Source of the DNA: Diplonema japonicum
Lineage: Eukaryota > Protista > Euglenozoa: Diplonemea
Direction of reading: 5' to 3'
NCBI GenBank assembly: GCA_964019335.1
Contig: OZ025682.1
Span: 1 to 64,000 of the forward strand
DNA: 64,000 nt
The notes beneath the pieces are model-generated. The model ran no database searches. It saw only the letters and a list, made by a program, of their open reading frames with translations, and was not told the DNA's origin. Position 1 is the first letter of the stretch; the number at the start of each line of letters is the position of its first letter. The position numbers and the translations under genes are program-made. This document shows positions 10,696 to 21,581 of this stretch, one piece after another.

Positions 10696-11268
10696 TGCAC
10701 GAGCAGAATCTTGGTTACCCAGGGCACTCCGGCTGGGGTTGAGCTGAACACCACACACATTAAGGACACGACGCGGAATGCAGAAGAAGCTACAACTCGG
10801 CTGTGGTGTACCCCCTGTAATCAAGTAGTCTTGTGCAGGTCCTTTAACTCATATATCTCTCACCGCGGCCAGGTTGTAGCTTCTTCTGTGTTCCGCATCG
10901 ATCACCACAGCCGGGTTGTATTACATCCAAATACAACATTTCCGGACATATGTACATACCTGCAGCTGCAGTGCACCGGAGTAGATTGGTGCAAATGGCT
11001 TGATGGAGCTGTGCATGTCTGTGGTATGAAGAAGAAGCGACCGGTAGCGCCCAAGTGGGAGAAGCAGATGCTCTGGGGAACAGGCAGCAAACTACACGGG
11101 CTCAGAATCTTGGTTACCCAGGGCGCCCCAGCTGGGGTTGAGCTGCACACCGCACACATTGAAGACACGACGCGGAACGCAGAAGAAGCTACAGCTAGGT
11201 CGAGGTGCGCCCCCTGTAATCAAGTAAATGGTGCTTGTGCAGGGTGCCCCCACCGGCTTCCTTTAAAT
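10696..11268 (+). repeat. Two more copies of the dispersed repeat plus an inverted copy of the 4720-4830 segment
   Basis: 10696-10856 and 11103-11268 match 9165-9385. 10920-11038 is approximately the reverse complement of 4712-4830. 7110-7212 duplicates 4812-4915. Confidence 0.8.
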
Positions 11269-11358
11269 CATCGAGTTTTATTTTTTGCACACTTTATTTC
11301 TTGTTCTTCATTGCTTCAGCATATCAAGTTCATACATTAAAGATAAAACAGAATTAAA

Positions 11359-12109
11359 ATGAAACACGGTCTGCTCAGGGCAACGCGATTCCTTCAGAAC
11401 TACCACATCCAACCGCCAACAACACGAACGATGGAAGCATACTACAGATACAAGTCACAGGATCCTGAAATTGTTCATTTTAAGGATACCGATGGAGAGC
11501 AGCACACAATGTCGTGGGAAGATTACAAAACATATCAAGCTGCACAGCTTGAAACGAAGAATGAAGAAGAATCCCTCTGGACTGTCTCCCTGAAGAATGT
11601 CACAGCTGAAGGCTCTCGACTAGCCTATGCTCAAAAAGTGTTTAAGAACACACCTCTCGACGAGGCGGAGGCAAATGCCAAATTCATGACAAATGTGCAA
11701 TATGGAGAAATAATATTAGCATTAATACAGAAGGCGAGAAAAGATGTTGTGAAGCGTGGGCTCAACCCAGCGCATGTATGTTATACACTCATTATTCCTT
11801 TTTTTAAACTACATTTTTTTAAGGTTCGCATGCTGGGGTACAGATTCCACCAACAGTCACAAGCAGACAAGCACATATTATTCAGAGGAAAGGGGTACCA
11901 TGGAGAGTACATTGTGAGGTATGTTTACTACTCAGGCTGACTCTCACAGAAAATTTACGGTGACGGGTTACTTCCGAGAAGACCCACGCACAGAAGACGT
12001 AAATCTCAAGAGAGATCGGTACTTCTCGTGGAAATATGGAAAGCGATCAGTTGGGGATGGTGCTGCGTCCGAGTTGGATGTGCCAGCTCTCGGTGTTGAT
12101 GGGCTGTAG
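11359..12109 (+). CDS. Mitochondrial ribosomal protein uL22m-like (3 exons; introns 11776-11823, 11919-11949)
   Basis: Presequence-like N-terminus. The spliced product shows an L22-like pattern (PLDEAEANAKF..ILALIQKARKD..GLNP..KHILFRGKG..IVRKFTVT). Splicing the second GTATG..AG intron restores the frame; the first is in-frame. Confidence 0.65.
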
Positions 12110-12226
12110 ACTGGGGCATAGTTGCTGTGCATGGTCTTTTATAGTCATGTGGTCAGTGTGCAAGTAACGGTCTATGCATTTTTCTATTAACACACATAAG
12201 CGCTAACCATAACAGGAAGGAAGGGC

Positions 12227-13264
12227 ATGCATCCTGAAATAACTCTAAAAGATGCTATTGCAAAGATATCCTCTCTAAAAGCGGAGCTGAAGATGGTCCG
12301 TGAAGAGCAGCAGCTGAAGATCGACAAGTTGACAGATCAGCTATGCCTGTTGGAGGCGGAGGGCATAAAGGAGAAAAAAGAAATGCTCATAACAGTACGG
12401 GAACGTGAAGCATTGTTGAGAGAAATTGACTCTACACAGGAGATCAAGAAGAGAGTCATGGGCGAAGCTAGGGAAGAAGTGCAAGCCGAGTTGCGACGGA
12501 GCAGAATGGCACTCCGAGAGGAAACAAGGAAGTTCTTCCTTGTTAAGGAAGAAAACGACAAACTAAAGGCAGATATGGAGTTGTGGCGACGTATGCAAGA
12601 AACTCAAGCGGAGGAACTTGAGTTCTTCAAAAAGGCTGTAAGCTCACAAGCTGAGCTCCAAAAAAACTCTCCTGAACTGCAATGTGCCGGATTGTGGGCA
12701 GAGCTTCTTGCTTCAATTCGTGATAATTATGGCCCACAGATTATAGACAAGATTATTGTGAAGACTGTTAACACGTCGGAACTTGTCAGAAACCTCGATA
12801 TTGATGTGCACCATGTGCTCGCAACACGTTTGGAAGGCTATGAATTGAGCCAGGGCTTTGACTCGCCACCAGAACACAAACACAGCACAGAGCTCGGTAC
12901 CCTGAAGGCAAACAGCAAGACAATTTTAGAAAGAGCTATGCAACTTCAACAGAGTGCTCTTGATCTGTGTCGATCCCGGTCACGTGAGGACCACAGATGG
13001 GACATTTCAAGTCCTGACCTTCCTATGAAACCTGTCTCGCCAGAGAAAATAGATTTACGACAGTCTTTCGTGTGCCCACCCGCACTGTCTCCAGCTCCTA
13101 AGCAAGCTCTGGCACAACACACAACTGCATCACCATGGGCTAAGGGATGGGCCACCTACTGGCAATCATGGCGCGCAACACAGACACCAAAACGTTCTCA
13201 CTCAGCACCTAATAGAATCCGCACGAAGGACAGACGTGTTAAGAGGCCTCCTTGGCCCCTGTAG
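12227..13264 (+). CDS. Hypothetical coiled-coil protein, 345 aa
   Basis: E/K/L-rich heptad N-terminal half; Pro/Ser-rich tail. Confidence 0.75.
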   Translation: MHPEITLKDAIAKISSLKAELKMVREEQQLKIDKLTDQLCLLEAEGIKEKKEMLITVREREALLREIDSTQEIKKRVMGEAREEVQAELRRSRMALREETRKFFLVKEENDKLKADMELWRRMQETQAEELEFFKKAVSSQAELQKNSPELQCAGLWAELLASIRDNYGPQIIDKIIVKTVNTSELVRNLDIDVHHVLATRLEGYELSQGFDSPPEHKHSTELGTLKANSKTILERAMQLQQSALDLCRSRSREDHRWDISSPDLPMKPVSPEKIDLRQSFVCPPALSPAPKQALAQHTTASPWAKGWATYWQSWRATQTPKRSHSAPNRIRTKDRRVKRPPWPL

Positions 13265-13359
13265 AGAGTGCTTCCTAGCTTTGCATAAATGTAATATTGT
13301 ATCTATAGATGGTTTTGAGCATATCCTCTTTATGCAAGTTGATAATTCATACAGGTAAT

Positions 13360-14392
13360 ATGTCGTGGTTGAACATCTTGTATATTGTGGGAGGATGTGT
13401 GATTGGTATTGTGGTGATCGGGTTTGCAGTAAAAATAGTTAAAGGGAAGAAAGATTTAAAGAAGCAAAGTGATGCGAAGAAGGAAGACAGGGAGATGCGC
13501 TTCGACCGGCATGTTGACATCGACGGGGCGACAACGGTAGATGAGTCGGGGACCGATAGCGACTCTGAGAAAATAAAGAAGGAGACAATACCTCAGCCAC
13601 CAGCAAGAGAAAAAAGAGGTGAACCCGATAACCCTGACCCTTTTGCAACAGCGGGAACAGGCGTTTGCGTTGTAACCGGTCCTCAGGGTGTTCTAGTTCG
13701 CACGGAGATATCACGCAGCAGTCCCCTTATTGCGAACATCCCGAAGGGGAAGACAATTTGCATATCGGAAATGCAGGATAACAGAGCCAGGATTCACTAC
13801 CCTGTGGAAGGCTGGATATCGAGCACAAACAGGAACGGTGTGTCGCTCGTAGAGACACACCCTGACCCGAGAAGCTTTTATACAGTGGCTGGAGAGGCGA
13901 AGGTGGTTGGTCCTGATGGGGCTTCTATCAGGTCAGGCGAGTCACTGGATAGTATCAAAAAAGGAAGGGTCCAAAGAGGCGAAGCCGTGACGATTGAGTA
14001 TAGGATAGGCAATAGGGTGTACATCAGAACACCAATTAAAGGTATACTCGTTTTTCAAATGTACTTCCGCTTCTAGGATGGACTTCGGTTGACTCTGGCA
14101 ACGGTATTCCAATTCTATCCTCTGCTTTGCTGGATGCCTATCGCAGCTCGAGGTTTGCGAGAAAGAGGAGCAGCAAGCGCAAGAGTTCTGCCAGTAATAG
14201 GTCCTCTATCTACGCCGAGCGCAAGATCAGCGACGTTCCACAAGATACGCCTCAAGGTGAAGTGCCACGACAGGGGTCGTCCGGCACCATGGCACTTTTA
14301 TCTGAGTATGTGTAATGAAGCCTGTTACCGTTTGTTCTAGGAGAACTCAGCGAACTGAGATACCCGACAGCAAAGCCATCCCCTTTGAGTGA
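13360..14392 (+). CDS. Single-pass membrane protein with two SH3b-like repeats (introns 14042-14076, 14306-14340)
   Basis: N-terminal TM (ILYIVGGCVIGIVVIGFAV). Repeats GVLVR..RARIHYPVEGWIS and GASIR..RVYIRTPIK|GWTS; the second GW motif is completed only by splicing. Confidence 0.75.
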
Positions 14393-14581
14393 ACTGTCGC
14401 AAGGGATTTCCATTCCTGAACGTCTCTTATCATGTACCATTTCATACAATTAACTATTTTAACACCCCTCCCTTAATATGTTGTAGCAAAGAAGAGTAGA
14501 TTACACAATTCTATTCGCTTCAACTTACCTTGTAGTTCACTGTTATAGCGCACGTAATTTACCAACAGGCCGCAGATCAAA

Positions 14582-16585
14582 ATGAGGCGAGGATTGCTGC
14601 GGGTGAGAAAGGAAGGCACAAGGGGTATCAGAGAAGAAATCCCTTACGTTCCTGTGAGTGACCAATTTGAGTCACATAAATTAAAGGACGATAACTGGAC
14701 CTCATTGAAGGCTGTGTGGGCCCCGGAGCAGACAGCAATGGCAAAGGAGAAATTTGGCAAAATATTTGACGAATACTTCTGCAGACTGGAAGAAGCAACA
14801 CCCAGAGAGCGTTTAGAGTCGGAGCTTGCCATGCTAAAAGATCAGAAAAACAAGCGGATTCCTGACATTCGCAAAGTGGAGATCCTTTTGCAGACAGTCT
14901 TGCTCTTGGAATCTCGCAACAGGCAGTCTTCGATGGCTGACCGTGCAGTCCGCTCTGGCAGCGGGTGGCAGGTGACATCCTCAGACCTCGCAAGGCACTC
15001 CTTCGATGAGTATTACCCTTTCGTTGTGAAGGATCTCTCGCCCGAAGAAGTTAAAGAGGCACGTAAAGTGTGCACCTACCTTACTGAAATCGTAAAAGCG
15101 AATGATATTTCGCAAAGATGGAAGCTTTACGAGGCAACACTCCTTGTGAAAGCTGTGCTGTGCAGTTATCCGCACACCCATCCTGAATGGGACGACTTCA
15201 TCCGGCTCGTCAAAAGTACTAGTACCTCACGAGTCCACCCGAACGTGATGGAGATTGTCCTGAACACTTTAGAACGCAAGTGGCTGCATCTGCAAAATGA
15301 GCTGCGCAACAAAGCCCCTGCCGACTACACCAAGCGCTCTGCCTACCATGATGCCGTTAGCAAGGAGGTGACTGTGGTCAGAGAAAGCCTGTTTGGTGTT
15401 GTTGGATGGCTGCTTTCCATGCACAAATATGGTTACGAATTTGCAAGAAAAATGTACATCCCGGTTTTTTCCAAAATAATGGCGGTACTGCCGGAGCATG
15501 ACGCGCCCCTCCTGATTGCAACTTCGAAAGACCTAATCACGGAGCCCAGCCATCTGATAGCTGTTATCTTGCAATTGACACAGCGTGTTGAAGCAACAAA
15601 AGTACGTGGCAGATCAGTACAGCTCAAAGATGACGGGCTTCCTGTGAAGAGTATCGTGCGGAGCATAGGATTACTGTCTGACGCTGTGTTCACTCACAAG
15701 GGGTGGGGGGGAAATGCGGGCAGTGAAGCAATACACGGGCTGCTCTTACTGATGACAACAGAGTACGGTAGTTGGTCAGTGCAGGACAGAGAGCTTGCTT
15801 GTTTTCAAGCTATTCGCCTCATGTCTGTGTGGTTACGCGAGGGGCACATTGTGAGCATGGATTGGATGTTCTTGAAAAAGTTCATGAGTAACCTGCAGGC
15901 AGTTGTAGCAGAAATGAGACATAAACCATCACAAGAAAAGGTACATATCTTGAAGAGCTTCATCAAACAACTTCTCGATCTGCCTGACTTCCCTTTCCAC
16001 GATGCAAGCTCGTGGCGAGTTCTGCTGCACATCAGCGAATGGACACTATCAAGCGCTGAGCACAAAGACAACATAGATGTTTTCATCGTACACTGGGGTC
16101 TGGTCTCTGCTGAGAATGCCACAGGGCCCTGTGTGCTGGACGAGGGCGCACCCTGTAATTTGCTCTTAAGCAGAGTAACTGACCCGCAGCAAACGCGCAC
16201 GGTGTTAGGCTTAATCGGACAGAGTGGCTCCACCATCAGCAAAGGAGCTTATCTAAAACTGTTTCAAACCTACGTGTCCCTTGAGCAGTGGGACGAGGGT
16301 GTACATCTGTGGGACAGCATGAGTAATGCGCCAAAAAATACAAAAGCAGCACTAATCCTGCGTGCTGCTCAGTGCCTGTGCATGTCCTCTTATCTGTCAA
16401 GCAGTAAAAGTGAATTAGCTAGGGCTTCAGAGCTTCTCACAAACAGTCTTGAAAATTGGGCTCTCAACTCGAAGAGCTCGGACAAGCCACGAGCGCAGTT
16501 TAAGAGTGCAAGCCAGATCTTCAAAAAGACTCTTCCGAAAGACCTTTATATCAAGGTAGAAGCCGTTGTTGCGGGAATGCCTTAA
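14582..16585 (+). CDS. Hypothetical 667-aa alpha-helical protein, possibly mitochondrial with a PPR/TPR-like C-terminus
   Basis: Long ORF with an Arg-rich N-terminus. AYLKLFQTYVSLEQWDEGVHLWDSM resembles one PPR unit. Confidence 0.7.
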   Translation: MRRGLLRVRKEGTRGIREEIPYVPVSDQFESHKLKDDNWTSLKAVWAPEQTAMAKEKFGKIFDEYFCRLEEATPRERLESELAMLKDQKNKRIPDIRKVEILLQTVLLLESRNRQSSMADRAVRSGSGWQVTSSDLARHSFDEYYPFVVKDLSPEEVKEARKVCTYLTEIVKANDISQRWKLYEATLLVKAVLCSYPHTHPEWDDFIRLVKSTSTSRVHPNVMEIVLNTLERKWLHLQNELRNKAPADYTKRSAYHDAVSKEVTVVRESLFGVVGWLLSMHKYGYEFARKMYIPVFSKIMAVLPEHDAPLLIATSKDLITEPSHLIAVILQLTQRVEATKVRGRSVQLKDDGLPVKSIVRSIGLLSDAVFTHKGWGGNAGSEAIHGLLLLMTTEYGSWSVQDRELACFQAIRLMSVWLREGHIVSMDWMFLKKFMSNLQAVVAEMRHKPSQEKVHILKSFIKQLLDLPDFPFHDASSWRVLLHISEWTLSSAEHKDNIDVFIVHWGLVSAENATGPCVLDEGAPCNLLLSRVTDPQQTRTVLGLIGQSGSTISKGAYLKLFQTYVSLEQWDEGVHLWDSMSNAPKNTKAALILRAAQCLCMSSYLSSSKSELARASELLTNSLENWALNSKSSDKPRAQFKSASQIFKKTLPKDLYIKVEAVVAGMP

Positions 16586-16713
16586 ATGCCTTAAAGTTTT
16601 ATATTTTTTTTCATTTTCTCCTCAATCTAACCCTCCAGGAGTTGGGTGGGCAAGGTTTAGGGCAGCCAGCACTTCTCATGATGGAGGGGTGTCCAGGGCA
16701 GACCCCCAACCCA

Positions 16714-18264
16714 ATGGTCGAAGTGCGCAGCATGGTTGCGAAGCTTGAAATTGAACTTGAAGAGTTGAAAGAGAGGGAGAAGATGTACGAAGAAGAGGCA
16801 GTTGACACGATGGAGGGCAGCGAGAGCATGGAGCGCGAGGTGGTTATATTCGAAGAGCTGCAACACAAGGCACCATTGTTAATGGGGCTTGAGGCGGGTG
16901 TGAGGGGACTGAACGTTTTGGAAGAAGCACTCTCATGGCAGAAGCTTGCGAGCAAGTTTCTTCAAATCGGTATCCCGAAGCGCCACACAGCACTGCCTGG
17001 CGCTGTTGTGCGAAGTTCCGCTACTGTTGACGCAAGGAAAACTCTGCGCCAGATGAAAGAAGGCTCAGTTGTGGTGGTCGAAGAAGTTGCGGGGAATTGG
17101 GCGAAGATATCAACACCAGTTAAGGGATGGGTATGGAGGACACACTTGAAGCCAATGGAAGTATGTTACACAGCACCATCCACCACCTTTTTTCAGGAGT
17201 CTGAAGTCACTTCCCCGGGTGATTCACCTCTGGTCACCCCAGCATCCATGCCTTCTGTCCCTGAGCTGACACCTGGTCACAGCAATGAGTCTTTCACTCG
17301 GGGTATCGACACTTTGGAGGTATGCCCCACCGGACACATGCAATTGAAACAGGGAAACCGTGCCCTCGACAGTGGCGTTGATCTTGAAGATGACGATTCG
17401 TTATTTGGATTGAGGCCCACCATACAGCACGGGAGCATCGGACACTCGCGACTTGCCTCCTATTCCGACATGGACTACCGATCAGTGGGAAGTGCTCATG
17501 ACACTCCTGGTACCACAGGCACGGAAGGTATTTGTCCTGTAGGGCTGGAAATCGGCGACTATGTGAAGATGAGAGACAACGCAGAACAGGCGTGGAAGTC
17601 GGGAAAAGTGCACAAGGTGTGTGCCAACAAGGTTTCTATACGAAGAGATGGGTACGCTGGAGTGAACCATTGGAGGATTGTGAGGCTTGTCAAAAAGGGC
17701 GGGCCTGGGGTGAAGGAGATACGGGTAGAGAGAGAATGCTCACAAGACACACTAGGACTGGACATGGATCACAAGACTTTGACGATAAACAGCGTGGACA
17801 AGGAAAGCCCCGCAAGCAGGGCGGGACTACGATCCGGGATGCGCATCAGACATGTTGCTGGGATGGCCGTTGCATCCATGATGGACATCAAGACACTGCT
17901 GAGGCAGGCGGGCACGAGCCTCACTATTTCGGTGGAGGTGCAGGAAGAGAGAACCCAAGATGTTGGGCAAACTGCTGTGGCTACTCCTCCCGTGACACCC
18001 ATCCCCGCCGACACCTTGGGCTCATCTCGCGGTGATGGGTACGGGTATACACCACCTGTTAACTTCCCTGGTCCCTGGTGTTACCCAGCAAACACATCTG
18101 CGCCCCTTGCTTTGTCTTACTCCTTCACACCTGCCCTCTTCTACTCGTGGATGGCCCTAAGCACACGCGAGAAAGCAAATATCCTTCTGTGCTTCAGGTA
18201 CTGCAGCGGCAAGAAAGTTCCACAGCAGCTTTTGGGTATTGTCACAGAGTACTATGTCAGGTAG
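16714..18264 (+). CDS. Coiled-coil + SH3b-like + PDZ domain protein (start uncertain)
   Basis: GAVVR..WAKISTPVKGWV (SH3b-like); TLGLDM..TINSVDKESPASRAGLRSGMRIRHVAG (PDZ). Confidence 0.75.
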   Translation: MVEVRSMVAKLEIELEELKEREKMYEEEAVDTMEGSESMEREVVIFEELQHKAPLLMGLEAGVRGLNVLEEALSWQKLASKFLQIGIPKRHTALPGAVVRSSATVDARKTLRQMKEGSVVVVEEVAGNWAKISTPVKGWVWRTHLKPMEVCYTAPSTTFFQESEVTSPGDSPLVTPASMPSVPELTPGHSNESFTRGIDTLEVCPTGHMQLKQGNRALDSGVDLEDDDSLFGLRPTIQHGSIGHSRLASYSDMDYRSVGSAHDTPGTTGTEGICPVGLEIGDYVKMRDNAEQAWKSGKVHKVCANKVSIRRDGYAGVNHWRIVRLVKKGGPGVKEIRVERECSQDTLGLDMDHKTLTINSVDKESPASRAGLRSGMRIRHVAGMAVASMMDIKTLLRQAGTSLTISVEVQEERTQDVGQTAVATPPVTPIPADTLGSSRGDGYGYTPPVNFPGPWCYPANTSAPLALSYSFTPALFYSWMALSTREKANILLCFRYCSGKKVPQQLLGIVTEYYVR

Positions 18265-18851
18265 CTGTCGTGTATCAGTTCTGATGACTTGGACTGGTGC
18301 ACCAGCATCCTTTATAGCATTTATTTCCCACCCCAAGCCCTTCATACCCCCCTGCATTTTTTCCTTTCTTTCCTTTCAAACGCGTCCCTCAATAGCCTTT
18401 AGGGTCTTTCAAGAAGGCTTTATTTACTCGTTTTTTGTTTTTTGATTCTTTCTGTATCTGAAGCGTCTGGAGTGGAGCGGCGTTGGTCTGCAAGGCAACC
18501 ACGTATACGGGCAGTTTAAACCTTTTCTCCAACTTATTTTCTTGTGTTCCTGTTATGAGTTAAGGCTGATGTAGCGGCTGGTTGCTGTTCCTTCCCTCGC
18601 TATTTAATGGCTATGTTCTAAGGGTGTAACACCTCTTGGCAAGGAAGTTCGCTCTCTAAAGAGGCAGGTCCCTTGGGGTCCAGCATCCTTTTCCTTGCTT
18701 GACTGCACTTTCCACCCTTTCGCCCCTTTCGTTTTGTCGTGCGAATGTTGTGCCCTAACCTGTGGGACGGGTTCTTGTTAAATGTCACGCCCCCTTCCCC
18801 AACTTCTGTTCTTCTTCCTTTTGTTCTGTTTTTATTTAATTTGGGGAAAAC

Positions 18852-19268
18852 TACCGGATTTGGACTTATTATGTACCGAAAGTCGAGATGCCGGTGGGTC
18901 GTTAAAAAAAGCAGGCGTGCCCGAATTGTGTCTTCTGTCAACTTCCGATATGCCTCTGTGTCCATGCAAGTTCCAGGGACGCATGACCTTTGCCCACTTT
19001 GCTACCTGCGAAGGGGCTGGGATGGGGTTATTTGGAACATGAAAACAAAAAACAGATACGCATAGGCGGCTGCTATGCAGATTTTAGTGGGCCATGCAGT
19101 AGACACAGTCAACACCTTGATTGAGATGTCCCGTCCTGGGGGAGAGGGGGAGGGTCAGGCCAAAACAAAGTGTAAAAAGTCCAAAGTTGAGTCCAGTCAA
19201 AATCCGAAAAAGGTACATAATTTATACGATACATAAAAATACGGAACACAATTAGTCCAAATCCGGTA
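18852..19268. mobile_element. TA-flanked MITE (Tc1/mariner/pogo-type)
   Basis: TA|ccggatttggacttatt (18852-18870) and aattagtccaaatccgg|TA (19250-19268); 1 mismatch in 19 bp. Confidence 0.65.
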
Positions 19269-20743
19269 TTCTAGAGACCATTTTTTTCCCTGTCTGTAAA
19301 TTGGCGAAAATTTAAGAAAAAAAAAAAAAAAAAAAAAAAAAAAACATCACAAAATACTTTTCCCGTCTGGTTTCTATGAATTTCTTTTCCCCTGACCTAG
19401 AGCAGGGTTAAAAGCAAGATGGTGCTGATAAATGAAACAACAGAAAGGGGGAACTGGAAAGATGCTCTTGGTTATGTCAGTAACAGGCTTTGTCTAAAAG
19501 GAGTTTTCCAGGAGCCGACGCATAGAAAATGGCCGCTCGGGAAAAAGTGTTATATTTTTTATTTTTTTCTTCATAGAAAAAGATTTAACGGTGTTTAGAA
19601 ACGCGGGAAAAGCATTTAGTTCTGAAACCCAAACAAATGAAGGAATTTCCCCTTCCAAAAATCGGAAGGAATATTTAAAAAAGATTAATTTGTTCACTCT
19701 GCTGATCCCAGAGGTGTTTTCCTGACAGCATAGTACTGGTTATATTGACAGAGGACGAAAAGCTGGCATGGCTACTGGATACAGAAGAAAAAAATTAAGA
19801 AAGAAAGAAAAGAATAAGAGGCGGGTGCCTCTCCTTTGTTCACAATACTCCGTTCTTACTTCGCCCTTTTCCAGCACCCGATTTTTTAAACCCCCCCCCG
19901 AAAAACCATCCCCTCCTTGTGCTTATATTGCGCCTGAGTTGCAATCGAGAGGAGCGTGAGGAAGATTAAAAGAGTGACTAAGTTTCAACGTCTTTACCAA
20001 CATACAACAGTGCCTTGGCCATACGTTGTGGTTTGGGTGGTTGGCTTGTGGGACAGAGTATAAAGCCCCAACAAAGGAAGAATCGAGTCGGGTGGTCCTG
20101 CAACTGTGAAGTCCTGCCCGTGCCATTTGGTTAGGTGCTCCCCCCCCCCCCCCCCCTGTTTCTTCTTTGGAGGCCTAATGATAATACTGCACAACACGTA
20201 TCAGTGACAATGAAGAGGAAGAAGAGAAGGCAAAACGATAGTTCCACCTTCATTGATTGCACCCCCCCCCCCCCCCCCCCCCCCCCATTCTCCTCCAGAC
20301 CCATCCCCCTACGTTACTTTTCTTCCCCCTTTTTTACCTTTCCCTCCTTTTTAAAATCAGGTGAACAGTTGAATAGAAAAAAAGAAAGAAGAGATATGGC
20401 CAGTTCTCTGCTATTTGTCGCAACTAGTGCTGGTAGTACCCATTCACATTCCTCTTCCAATTTTGAACTTATTCTTGCTCGGAGGGTCTAGGTCCAACGC
20501 ACGTTTTTCGTTCTGGTCCTATTTCAGTCCTACACATTTTCCTGTGGTTGTGATGCCGCCCTATTTCGTTGCTAAATTTTGTAGTTGGTTTGCATTTTTT
20601 TGAGAAAGGTTTGTCATATAGCGGAGAACTGACCATTTTTTGAGAACAACCCCCCCCCCCCCCCCCCGACTCCGTTCTATACTTCTGTCGCTGCGTCACA
20701 CATTTGTAACAATCAAACAAAGGGGAAGGAAAAAAAAAATAAA

Positions 20744-21445
20744 ATGGTGTCTTTGAAGTTGCAGGCCAGGCTGGCAGCCAAGGTGATGAAGTGCGGGAGG
20801 GGCAGGGTGTGGCTGGACCCCAACGAGTCGTCCGAACTTGCTGCGGCAAACTCCAGGAGGCAGGTATGTAACTTATCCTTTTCATGTTACGACACGACAG
20901 GTGGAGAAGTGCATCAAGGATGGTTTCATCATCAAGAGACCCACCAACGCGGTCTCTAGGTTCAGGTGGAGGAAGACCCTCGCGGCCAAGAGAAAGGGCC
21001 GTCACACTGGCACCGGTAAGCGCAAGGGTACCCGCGAGGCCAGGATGCCCTCCAAGGAGCTCTGGGTGAGGAGGATCCGTGTTCTTAGAAGGCTTCTCAG
21101 CAAGTTCAGGGAGGCTAAGAAGATTGACAAGCACTCCTACCACACCATGTACCTGAAGTGCAAGGGTAACGTGTTCAAGAACAAGAGGACTCTCCTCGAG
21201 CACATTCACAAGGAGAAGGGTATTAAGGCCAGGGAGAAGGACCTCCAGGACCAGCTGGAGGCCAAGAAGCTAAAGAAGCTCGACAAGCGTGAGAAGCTCC
21301 AGAAGAAGGAGACCAAGCGCCGTGAGAAGGTATGCAAAGTCGAAACAAAGCAATCCCGCCGCAGGAGCGTGCCGAGCGTGGGTCTACCACCAAGAAGGCT
21401 GAGGCCGCCACTTCCCCCAAGAAGACCAAGAAGACCAAGAAGTAA
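20744..21445 (+). CDS. RPL19: 60S ribosomal protein L19 (eL19); introns 20864-20900, 21330-21364
   Basis: [60 protein letters not shown]. Confidence 0.97.
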
Positions 21446-21581
21446 GAATCGGGCCCTGTGATCTAACCAACCCAACCTCATCCCCAACCTTTTTTTTGAT
21501 CATTTCGATTTTTTTCCTTTTCTGTACTTCTCTCTAATCCATCTCATAACTAACGCCTTCCAGCCCGCCAAGTAACCCACT

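Noticed and set aside
10666-11340. 224-aa ORF
   Set aside because: Composed of two copies of the dispersed repeat and another repeat fragment.
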